Position numbers and translations under genes: made by a program. From IMG/VR virus record IMGVR_UViG_3300025158_000005: 64,000 bases of DNA; one strand, written 5' to 3'. This DNA comes from a virus. Below the pieces are notes generated by a model. The model was given only the letters and a program-made list of their open reading frames with translations. It ran no database searches and was not told the DNA's origin. Each line of letters starts with the position of its first letter. Position 1 is the first letter of the stretch. Of the stretch, positions 8,523-16,958 are shown piece after piece.

Positions 8523-8831
8523 ATGCAAGTAGTAATTAACAAACTGTCAACCTATGACGAAATTATCGGTCAAGTATGCGGTGGTTTTCTGCCAGCAACT
8601 ACTAATATGGAGGGTATATGGTTGTACCAGCCTTGCGCCTTGTGGATGATGCAAACTCAGCAAGGTACTGGTGCATCATTCGAGACCCCGTTGCTCCTAG
8701 CTGACGATGATCACCCAGCTTTCTTCCCGTACCACGCAATCAATATGTACACCGAGAGCGTAACCGAGTACGAAAAGCGTTATCTTGAATCGGTCTCTGG
8801 AATTTCTCTAGCAACATCACTGAACGGGTAA
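8523..8831 (+). CDS. small conserved T4-like phage protein (possible Sm-like fold)
   Basis: KLSTYDEIIG...Y...VSGI pattern; RBS GGAG. Confidence 0.6.
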   Translation: MQVVINKLSTYDEIIGQVCGGFLPATTNMEGIWLYQPCALWMMQTQQGTGASFETPLLLADDDHPAFFPYHAINMYTESVTEYEKRYLESVSGISLATSLNG

Positions 8832-8835
8832 TAAA

Positions 8836-9195
8836 ATGTTTCGGATTCCTACGTCCCTTCTTTCTCATGGTGTATCTGTTGTGACAACGGACACACCTAA
8901 CACCACATTGAAACTGAAAACTCTTGAAGGAGTAAATCTGTTTCAAAAACGTTGTAAGTTGTTGGACTACGCAAAAAAGAACGGCAATGAGGAAACTTAC
9001 ATGAATTATATGCGCCAGGAATTCAATGATGTGAGACAAGAAATGTCAAACTTTATCAACGATCAAGATACAGCACGAAAGTACAAGATGGACGAAAGTG
9101 ATCCGTACGGATGGGCAATCTATTATGAACTTCTGGATCGGTGGGTCGTTGCTGACTGGTTTGCGAATAAAATTCCTTTGATGAAAGGTGCATAA
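8836..9195 (+). CDS. hypothetical protein
   Basis: 119-aa ORF in operon. Confidence 0.6.
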   Translation: MFRIPTSLLSHGVSVVTTDTPNTTLKLKTLEGVNLFQKRCKLLDYAKKNGNEETYMNYMRQEFNDVRQEMSNFINDQDTARKYKMDESDPYGWAIYYELLDRWVVADWFANKIPLMKGA

Positions 9196-9400
9196 CATGA
9201 CCGAATTTCGTGCATTGAGTAAGGGTGATCAAATTGAACTTCAAGTAAAAGTGCGTCGATTGGAAGAAGAAATTGCTTACATGAAACGTCAACTTATTGA
9301 ACTTGCATATGAACGTGACGGTATTGTCGAAGAAATTATCGACATTCAAATGAAGGAAATGGAACGCGAAATGGAGGCACAACTTCATGAAGGAACATGA
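9188..9400 (+). CDS. small acidic coiled-coil protein
   Basis: ORF overlapping both neighbours. Confidence 0.55.
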   Translation: MHNMTEFRALSKGDQIELQVKVRRLEEEIAYMKRQLIELAYERDGIVEEIIDIQMKEMEREMEAQLHEGT

Positions 9401-9617
9401 TCTATTTTTGACTCCCGAGGCATTCTTGAGTATAATTCAAGATCGAATGATAGAAAAGCGTATCAACATGATCGATGCAGTTCTCGATTATTGCACAGAG
9501 TATTGTATTGACGTTGATGATGTTGTGCCTCTGATTACTCGTCCCATGAAAGAACTGATCAAGAATGATGCAATGGAAACGGGTCTTATAATGAAGGAAG
9601 CGAGTCTGCCCGTATGA
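9387..9617 (+). CDS. 33: late transcription coactivator gp33
   Basis: F...I...IDAVLDYC.E..ID...V..LI...KE.I..DA....L....LP; upstream of gp59 and gp32. Confidence 0.85.
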   Translation: MKEHDLFLTPEAFLSIIQDRMIEKRINMIDAVLDYCTEYCIDVDDVVPLITRPMKELIKNDAMETGLIMKEASLPV

Positions 9618-9944
9618 ATATGAGAACTGTATATAACATTTTGTAGCCGATGAACGTCATTGTCGGAATCTTATCGGCAATGACTGACAACGTGTGGTCC
9701 GCGGTGTTCGTCTTTGTGCTGCGATTGCGATATATTATATTTTGGAGTATAATCTAGTATGATTATCTTTCGGTATCTTTCCATGATTAGTATCGGGCTT
9801 GGAATAGGAATGTCTATTGGTGATCTTATTCGCGGAATACAAATAATCGATGGTGCATTGCTTATCATCATCGGTCTTATTATTCAAATCATTTGTATGT
9901 TGAGAATCAAGCAAGTGGAATATTAGTGCAAAGCGCATTATCCA

Positions 9945-10139
9945 ATGCTGAAAATTAACAAGTTTACCGGTCTATGTTATATTGATAACACCTATGATAA
10001 TCCTAGATTAAAAATTCAATGTATCATAACAAAAGCCAAACCAAGGTGGAATTTGGGATTGGGCAGTCATACTGTATCTTACTATACGGAATGGATTAAA
10101 GATATTGATGTTGTTGAGGTTAACTTTTGTGGTGAATAA
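9945..10139 (+). CDS. hypothetical protein
   Basis: ORF coupled to the gp59 start (TAATG). Confidence 0.5.
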   Translation: MLKINKFTGLCYIDNTYDNPRLKIQCIITKAKPRWNLGLGSHTVSYYTEWIKDIDVVEVNFCGE

Positions 10140-10756
10140 TGTTATCAGGTTGGACTTTTTTCAAGATTCACAAGGCGATTGACTTTCATTTCAACGTAGC
10201 ATCATATGACGTGATAAAGTATTCGGGCAAGATAAAGGTTTCACCAGAAAAATACGGAGTTAGAAGTGACAGACACAGATTCGAATATTACGGTGGTAAG
10301 TTCTTTAACCGCGAAAAAGCGGCTCAGTTCTGCATTGCTAACTTTATTCGTGGCAATCGGGACTTTATCTACAACAGTTATGAGGACGCTGAATCTGAAT
10401 ATCTACAGTGGCGCAAGATCCAAGATTCAATCACAAAAGTATTCCAAGACGATCTTAATAAAATAGAATCACGTGCAAAAGGAGTTGATATCTTTTCGGT
10501 AACTCCGAGTGGAAATCAGCCTCCTTTGTTGCAAATGATCAAGGCAAGTTTTATTACTGTCGAAAGTGCTGTTTTGCTATATAATGAAGGCACCAACAAA
10601 TTTTTTGACACGTGGGCAGAAGTATGTAATAATGATCCATATGCAAAAACTTTGGTAATGCGTTGTATGAAGTATCGACCTTTTGTCAAATACCAAAAAG
10701 ACAAGATTCAAACAATAATCAAGGAGCATAAGTTTCAAAATGGGCAAGTCAGTTAA
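10139..10756 (+). CDS. 59: helicase loader gp59
   Basis: AI..HF....YD..KY.GK...R.D...F; ANF; KYRPF; synteny 33-59-32. Confidence 0.88.
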   Translation: MLSGWTFFKIHKAIDFHFNVASYDVIKYSGKIKVSPEKYGVRSDRHRFEYYGGKFFNREKAAQFCIANFIRGNRDFIYNSYEDAESEYLQWRKIQDSITKVFQDDLNKIESRAKGVDIFSVTPSGNQPPLLQMIKASFITVESAVLLYNEGTNKFFDTWAEVCNNDPYAKTLVMRCMKYRPFVKYQKDKIQTIIKEHKFQNGQVS

Positions 10757-10937
10757 GCGGTACGCCAAGTCATTTTATGATGATGACAAGGAAGATAAGC
10801 GTAACAAAAGCAGTCATTATAAGCATTCCACAGCAAGCATAATTAGTAACGTGGATGAATATGATTTTGATGATGACCAAACAGAATTGGCATTAGAACT
10901 AGAATATCATCTGCGAAGAAATAACCGTCGTTTATAA
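10740..10937 (+). CDS. small charged hypothetical protein (MGKS start)
   Basis: RBS AAGGAG; lies between gp59 and gp32. Confidence 0.6.
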   Translation: MGKSVKRYAKSFYDDDKEDKRNKSSHYKHSTASIISNVDEYDFDDDQTELALELEYHLRRNNRRL

Positions 10938-10996
10938 TCGTGTAGTACCAAAAGCGTTTACATTTCGTTTACAATCGTGTATATAGGAGATACAAT

Positions 10997-11965
10997 ATGG
11001 CAATTAATCCTGCCCTACTAGCCGCCGTTCAAAAGTTACAAGCGGGCGGCTATTCAAACCAAGATGATAATAAGGAAGATTTCTGGCGGTGTGAAACAGA
11101 CAGTGCTGGTAATGGTTTCGCTGTCATTCGTTTTCTTCCAGCAAAGTCCGACGATCAACTTCCATTCACCAAAATATTCGACCATGGTTTCCAAGGTCCG
11201 GGCGGCTGGTTCATCGAGAAGTGCCCAACCACAATCGATAAAGAATGCCCGGTATGTGAAGCAAATGGTCCTCTTTGGAATTCGGGTTTGGAATCCGACA
11301 AGGGAGTCGTTCGCAAGCGCAAGCGTCGTACATCATTCATTTCCAACATCAAAGTCATTTCCGATCCAAAGAATCCTCAGAACGAAGGTAAGATTTTCAA
11401 GTTCAAGTATGGCAAGAAAATCTTTGATATGATTGCAACCGCGATGCAGCCTCCGCTGGTTGAACTCGATGCCGGTGAAGCAGTAGCAATCGATCCGTTC
11501 AGTTTAACGGAAGGTGCTAACTTCAAGTTGAAGATTCGCAGGGTTGAAAAATACGCAAACTTTGAGAAGTCGAGTTTCGATAATGTCTCTACATGTGATA
11601 TTGATTGGAAAAAGTTGTTCGATCTTTCCGTCTATAACGACGAGAAGATGTTCAAGAGTTACGAAGACCTGAAAAAGCGTTTCCTAAAGGTAACTGCTGG
11701 TGGGACTGCAAAGCCAACTCAAATGAGCACGTCAACCTCCGATATGACAGAGGAAGATGACAACCCTAAGGTAACTGCTGGTGGGACTGCAAAGCCAACT
11801 CAAATGAGCACGTCAACCTCCGATATGACAGAGGAAGATGACAACCCTTTTGATAACGCGGTAAAGATGAACCAGCCCGTAACAACGGCATCCAAACCCG
11901 CAGTAACCAGTGATGATGACGATGATGATATGTCGTTCTTTCGTAGTCTTGCAGCAGATGACTAA
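10997..11965 (+). CDS. 32: single-stranded DNA-binding protein gp32
   Basis: GNGFAVIRFLP, HGFQGPGGWFIEKCPTT, CPVCE, KYGKKIFD, EGANFKLKIR; acidic tail. Confidence 0.97.
   Translation: MAINPALLAAVQKLQAGGYSNQDDNKEDFWRCETDSAGNGFAVIRFLPAKSDDQLPFTKIFDHGFQGPGGWFIEKCPTTIDKECPVCEANGPLWNSGLESDKGVVRKRKRRTSFISNIKVISDPKNPQNEGKIFKFKYGKKIFDMIATAMQPPLVELDAGEAVAIDPFSLTEGANFKLKIRRVEKYANFEKSSFDNVSTCDIDWKKLFDLSVYNDEKMFKSYEDLKKRFLKVTAGGTAKPTQMSTSTSDMTEEDDNPKVTAGGTAKPTQMSTSTSDMTEEDDNPFDNAVKMNQPVTTASKPAVTSDDDDDDMSFFRSLAADD
11687..11848 (+). repeat. perfect 81-bp tandem duplication within gene 32
   Basis: 11687-11767 is identical to 11768-11848 (KVTAGGTAKPTQMSTSTSDMTEEDDNP twice). Confidence 0.95.
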
Positions 11966-11982
11966 TCAGTAAAGATAGTCAA

Positions 11983-12014
11983 AATAAAAAGGGAGCCTTA
12001 GGCTCCCTTTTATT
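11983..12014. terminator. bidirectional intrinsic terminator between gene 32 and gene 5
   Basis: AAAAGGGAGCC-TTA-GGCTCCCTTTT. Confidence 0.9.
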
Positions 12015-12084
12015 GTGCTACGACTAGCAAAACGTCAATTTTGTAAATTAGATGCGCTGGAAGCGTCTGGCTCCAATGCTTAGA

Positions 12085-14643
12085 TTAATTTATCTGATTT
12101 AAACCATGTGTAGTTTTCCCACCGTTAAAAGTGATCAACATCTTGCGTTGAGTCGGTAATGCGGGATTAAATGACACGTGAATCCATACCGACTTTCCAC
12201 GCACTTCATATATCAATTGGTCGAACGGAACAAGATTCTTTATTTCTTGAGCACGTTTGAATAACTCAGCACGTTTACCATAAATCGAAGTAAACGTCAG
12301 ATCCGCTGCCATTCCTAGTTCATGTTGAGAAGTCTTACCTGTTTCTGTTTTAGAATACCTGTTACCAGAAGGTCTCCAACCAGAATTCAATTTCATGTCA
12401 GGATAAGCGGCCAGAATTGGCTCAAGACAATTCACGGCTAGAGCATACATGTTACATGCTTGTTGTGCTACCGTTAGCCCATGTTGAGGCAGAATCATTC
12501 CGCCGACCGCCCTGGCCTCTTCGCCAGAGCACAGTTTACCGATAGTGAAGTTAGGTGTAAGTCTAGTACTCTTAGTTAGTGTTGCGGGTAGTTGTGAACA
12601 CGAAACAATCCGGGCTGGCGGAGGATTCGTCGGAGTCGTATCTGGATCGCCAGGTGTGCCGCCGGCGAATTCTGGATTAGTAGGATCGATTCCTACCGCA
12701 ATCATTTCATCGGTAGTCATTTCTTCAATCTGCATGTTCGCGTTATTTTCTGCTGACGGGGTATGCAACAATATGAACTCTGGTGAATTAGAATCAAACT
12801 GTAACGCTGGTACCAACGGCGCAGCAGATTTTGCAACACCCGACATGTTGATTACCTTGGTTCCATCAAACGCAATAATTCCAGATGATCGACCAGAAAT
12901 AGTTGAACCTAGAAGATTCATATCTGACCCGGATTTTATCTGTGTCTTGCCAGTTGACGCTACGTTGAACGTGTCGCACTTCAACTTGAAGTCTGTACAT
13001 TCAATTTCCAGAGAATCATCACATTGAAACGAAATCTGACCCTCAGAATGAAGATTCGTGGTTCCTGCTGCGTGGACGTTTATGTCGCCTTGAACGTCTA
13101 GATGACAGTCAGCAGCAACGAAGATAGAACAATTTCCGGTTACCGAAACTGTTGCTTGCCCGCCGATTGAGATATAACCATCGCTATCGATGATCGTATA
13201 TCCGTTGCCCACAATCTTGTTGACTTGCGTACCATTACAATCAATCTCAGTGAACGTTCCCGTCTTATGATACAAGTGAATACGTTCTGCGCCGGCTGTA
13301 TCATCAAACTCTAGAAGATGCCCAGACTCAGATTGATACACATGATTATATGGATATTGAGATGCATACGGTACCGTTGGTTGATCCCATGCACCACCGC
13401 CGTTAGCGACAACGTTGCCTGTAGTTCTTCCGTCACGCTTATCTGATACTACGGTTTGGTCAATCTTTTCGTTACGAGCAAGACGATTACAATCTGCCTC
13501 ATTCAAGAAATCCGATTGAGGATATTTTCCGTTAGGATCAACGAATCCCATGTTAGGTGAAACTGCAACTGGCGGATTTGACGGGGCGGGCGTTGATGAA
13601 CTTGTTGGATCGACAATAATAGGAGTCGCTGGAGCAGGAGTCGAAGGAGGAGCAGTAGAAGCAACGGCAGCACTGTGAAGATTTTCTCTTGTTGGTATCT
13701 CGTTAGTTGAAGTGCCCGCGATTGCTGCATATCCAGCCTTATAATACGTTGAACAATTCGTACCGTACTTGTCAGATTTTGTTGGTCCACCCGCCAGCCA
13801 TTTATTGACTGGACCTGCTCCCACAAGATGACATGCAGCGAGTACACCAGCAGTCTTCTCAGGCGGAACACCAGAGTCAAGTTTCGCGTAGCGATATTCT
13901 TTTCCGAGAAGAATATTCATGGCATTTTCTTGAGCAGCAGGTGAGTTGAACCATGCTTGTTTAGACGTTACTCCGTCTTTACCTGTCCAGTTCGCTGGGT
14001 TTCCAGTGATCGGAGCAAGTTTCTTTCCCCTCCATGGCATGTTCTTGATGTAACCAGTGTCAATTAATGCGCCCACACCAAACTGATACTTGCCAATATA
14101 ACCGATACTGTTCTCAACAGAATACGGATTTGGTTTACCACCAGATTCATATTTCGCAATCTCTGCTTTCAGTTTGCATACCTGAGCGCCAGATAAAGAC
14201 CCCAAAGAAAACGAACAATCGCTTGGATTCGATGGCGCTGGCGCAGTAGGATTCACTCCAGGAGGTGGAGCAACTGATGATGGTAAATCTGATGATGTTG
14301 TTGGGCTAGCTGGCGGAACAATTGATCCGGCTGTAACCGATTGTACATTGCCTGGAGTTGACATGGGCCAGCCCGGAAAAGTACCCATCATCACAGGTTT
14401 TTGTTTATCATTACCATCAAGGAAAAATACTGCAACATACGTTCCTTCAACAACACCAGTTGGGGATTCACCGATACCGTTCATGCTTGCAGAGGTAATC
14501 GGAGTCATAGGCATCGCCCATGGAAGATCATCCGTAGGAAGAATAACACGATCCGGGCAATGAACCCCGATTACCCGCACCTTACAACGCCCCATCTTTA
14601 GCGGATCTTTACGTGATTCAACTACTCCAAAATATAATTCCAT
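12085..14643 (-). CDS. 5: baseplate central spike gp5 with a lysozyme-like domain and a C-terminal peptidase M15
   Basis: GVVE.R.DPLKMGRCKVRVIG.H (OB fold), YPYNHV..SESGH..EFDDT.GAERI, beta-helix repeats, SGWR...SQH..G.AAD...WIHVS; likely start ATG 14643. Confidence 0.93.
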   Translation of the reverse strand: MELYFGVVESRKDPLKMGRCKVRVIGVHCPDRVILPTDDLPWAMPMTPITSASMNGIGESPTGVVEGTYVAVFFLDGNDKQKPVMMGTFPGWPMSTPGNVQSVTAGSIVPPASPTTSSDLPSSVAPPPGVNPTAPAPSNPSDCSFSLGSLSGAQVCKLKAEIAKYESGGKPNPYSVENSIGYIGKYQFGVGALIDTGYIKNMPWRGKKLAPITGNPANWTGKDGVTSKQAWFNSPAAQENAMNILLGKEYRYAKLDSGVPPEKTAGVLAACHLVGAGPVNKWLAGGPTKSDKYGTNCSTYYKAGYAAIAGTSTNEIPTRENLHSAAVASTAPPSTPAPATPIIVDPTSSSTPAPSNPPVAVSPNMGFVDPNGKYPQSDFLNEADCNRLARNEKIDQTVVSDKRDGRTTGNVVANGGGAWDQPTVPYASQYPYNHVYQSESGHLLEFDDTAGAERIHLYHKTGTFTEIDCNGTQVNKIVGNGYTIIDSDGYISIGGQATVSVTGNCSIFVAADCHLDVQGDINVHAAGTTNLHSEGQISFQCDDSLEIECTDFKLKCDTFNVASTGKTQIKSGSDMNLLGSTISGRSSGIIAFDGTKVINMSGVAKSAAPLVPALQFDSNSPEFILLHTPSAENNANMQIEEMTTDEMIAVGIDPTNPEFAGGTPGDPDTTPTNPPPARIVSCSQLPATLTKSTRLTPNFTIGKLCSGEEARAVGGMILPQHGLTVAQQACNMYALAVNCLEPILAAYPDMKLNSGWRPSGNRYSKTETGKTSQHELGMAADLTFTSIYGKRAELFKRAQEIKNLVPFDQLIYEVRGKSVWIHVSFNPALPTQRKMLITFNGGKTTHGLNQIN

Positions 14644-14649
14644 CTTGTT

Positions 14650-14686
14650 TGTAACATCCTGTAACAAGTTGTAACATTTTGTTACA
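14650..14686. repeat. four TGTWACA repeats at an exact 10-bp period (iteron-like)
   Basis: TGTAACA at 14650, 14660 and 14670; TGTTACA at 14680. Confidence 0.85.
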
Positions 14687-14715
14687 ATTGAGAAATAATT
14701 TGTACCAAAATAAAT

Positions 14716-14743
14716 TTGACATCCGTACAAAAAAGAGTACGAT
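14716..14743 (+). promoter_or_regulatory. sigma70-type promoter (TTGACA-16-TACGAT) facing the structured element
   Basis: Perfect -35, plausible -10, suboptimal spacer. Confidence 0.55.
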
Positions 14744-14746
14744 AGA

Positions 14747-15404
14747 GTAACGGTTAGATGATTGCATTTTGAAGGAGATCAATCAGCAAGGACATTGCAT
14801 CCCTGTCCCGTTACGAAACTATTTATGCAGTAATTTGAATGACGCGAAAGCCTGGGCCATGCGGTACAATCCCCGATGGATCATAAAAATTGCTGAAGGC
14901 ATGAATAGTTGCTTCCGACTTAAATCCGTTTACAAATTCGTTTACCGACGTGCATCACCAAAATTACATAGCCACAAGCCGATAGATCGGTGTGAGAGAA
15001 AGTGAATTATCGGATGTTCCGATAGTTTATTCGTTGACAACTCCGCATATATGCGAGGGGGACCACGGCAAAACGTAAAATATAAAAGAGAGCGACAGTT
15101 CTCATGAGGTGGGGAGGTGCCACCAAATCATATAGCGTTATGTGTTCCAAAGACTAGCTATATGGTTCCGCCGGGATTAAATTCCGACTACATGTGTAAA
15201 AGCCTACAGGACGACCAGGGCTTACCTTATTATACAAGGTTTCATTCTTTGGATGCCAGTTGCGATGTCATGCATCGCCAGGTATAGCCCCTGGAATGGG
15301 AAACTATGCCTGTGCTCCATCGTGCATCAATTATCTAATTTATAGATTAAAACTAAACAAATAACATCACTCTTACGAAGTAAGAGGGATAATGCGAAGC
15401 ATTA
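14747..15404 (+). ncRNA. candidate large structured ncRNA or origin-associated transcript
   Basis: No credible ORF; more than ten helices, with G-U wobbles on the + strand. Confidence 0.6.
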
Positions 15405-15501
15405 GATAGTAACTGTATGATGCGTGGGAAATATTCATTCTTGACTTTTATTTGACACTCATACATATAATAATCATACTGCACTTATTATGGTTCATTC
15501 T

Positions 15502-16958
15502 ATGTTTATTCCATCAGACCAACAAGTTGCATTCTTCGACTGGATTAAGACTGGTAAGTGATCGTGTGTTCTTGAAGCTGTTGCAGTAGCAGGCAAAACA
15601 ACTACGCTTGTTAAAGCGTTACATCTAATGGAAGGTAATGTTTTGTTTGGTGCTTATAATAAAGCAATTGTTGAAGATATTAAATCTAAAGCTCCCAAGA
15701 GTAAGAATATAACAATTTCAACGTTACATACGGTAGGTATTGTCGCATGTTACAAGATTACTCCTTCGCTTAAAGTGGATTCGTATAAATGTTCGAATAT
15801 TTTAGAAATATGATTCCTAAAAAATATGCATTGGCCGAACTAGAATCTGATGTGCTGAAGTTAGTATCATGGGCAAAACAGTTTGGTGTGGGGTATCACT
15901 ACCTCATTTGAAGATTCTCACTGGAATGATATTTTGGTTCACATCGGAGGTGTTGACGATGATACTATCGTTATTAACCTAGCGCGGGACGTTTTGCTTG
16001 AATCAAATAAGATTCTTGTTATTGTTGACTTTGTTGTCATGATTTATCTGCCCTTGTTATTTAACTGCAATCTTAAAAAAAATATGATTGGTTGCTTATT
16101 GATGAAGCTCGGGATACGAATGGCATTCGTAGAATGATTTCGTTAAAGTCGTTGAAAGATGACGGAAGACTTGTCGCAGTTGGTGATAAACATCAAGCTA
16201 TTTACGGATTTACTGGAGCAAATTCCAATGCGCTGGATTTAATTGCGGCCGAATGCGGCGCTGTTAGACTTGGGTTGGCAACAACGTATCGTTGCCCAAA
16301 GAGTGTAGTTGCTTATGCACAGTCGTTTGTGAGTCATATTAGACCTGCTGATGCCGCGAAAGAAGGAACAGTAGAATTCATTTCTCATGATGATGTTACA
16401 AAATCGAAGCTGGGTGACGTTATTTTGTGCAGATTTAATGCTCCTCTTGTTAATCTCGCCTACAAATTTATAAACGCTGGAGTATCTGCTAAGGTAGAAG
16501 GTTGCGACATTGGAGTTGGGCTGGAATCTATCGTGAAGAAGATGGGTACGGTACATGATCTTGATGAGTTGCTACTGAGACTTGAGAAATTTCGAACCAA
16601 ATATGTTGCAAAATACACAAAATTAGAGAGAATGTCTGACGTTGCGAGTATTAATGAACAGGTTGATTAATATAATTATTCGCCGGGTCAAATACAAAGG
16701 AGGCCGATCCGTTGATTCTCTATTGGCCGAAATAAACAGAATGTTCGGAAGTAAGCTGGACAGTAGATATGCCATTCTTTCGTCTATCCACAAGGCTAAG
16801 GGTCGGGAGTGGAAGACTGACTACTGGCAAAAGTTAACGAAAATTACGCTTCCCGCGATTGGGAACTGGATCAAGAGAATAATTTATGTTACGTCGCGGT
16901 GACCAGAACATTGAGCAGACTCGTGGTAGTTGATGCTCCCATAAAAAGAAAAACCTAG
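15502..16958 (+). pseudogene. UvrD/Rep-like SF1 helicase pseudogene
   Basis: PSDQQ, AVAVAGKTTT, AYNKAI, IDEARD, VGDKHQAIYGFTGA, TYRCPKSVV, SIHKAKGREW and YVAVTR spread across frames; in-frame TGA at 15559 plus several frameshifts. Confidence 0.9.

Noticed and set aside
14644-14730. N-terminal extension of gp5 in the ORF track
   Set aside because: Homology begins at MELYFGVVE (ATG 14643); the extension runs through the iteron and promoter region.
14769-15005. 78-aa ORF within the structured element
   Set aside because: TTG start, no convincing RBS and no recognisable motif; better explained as non-coding structure.
15140-15300. Group I intron core (GACTA and GGTATAGCC resemble R and S elements)
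   Set aside because: P7 would need TAGTC but the sequence has TAGCC, and no gene is interrupted.
15559-15561. Stop-codon reassignment (TGA read-through)
   Set aside because: The gene also has frameshifts and damaged motifs, and all core genes translate fully in the standard code with TGA, TAG and TAA used as stops.
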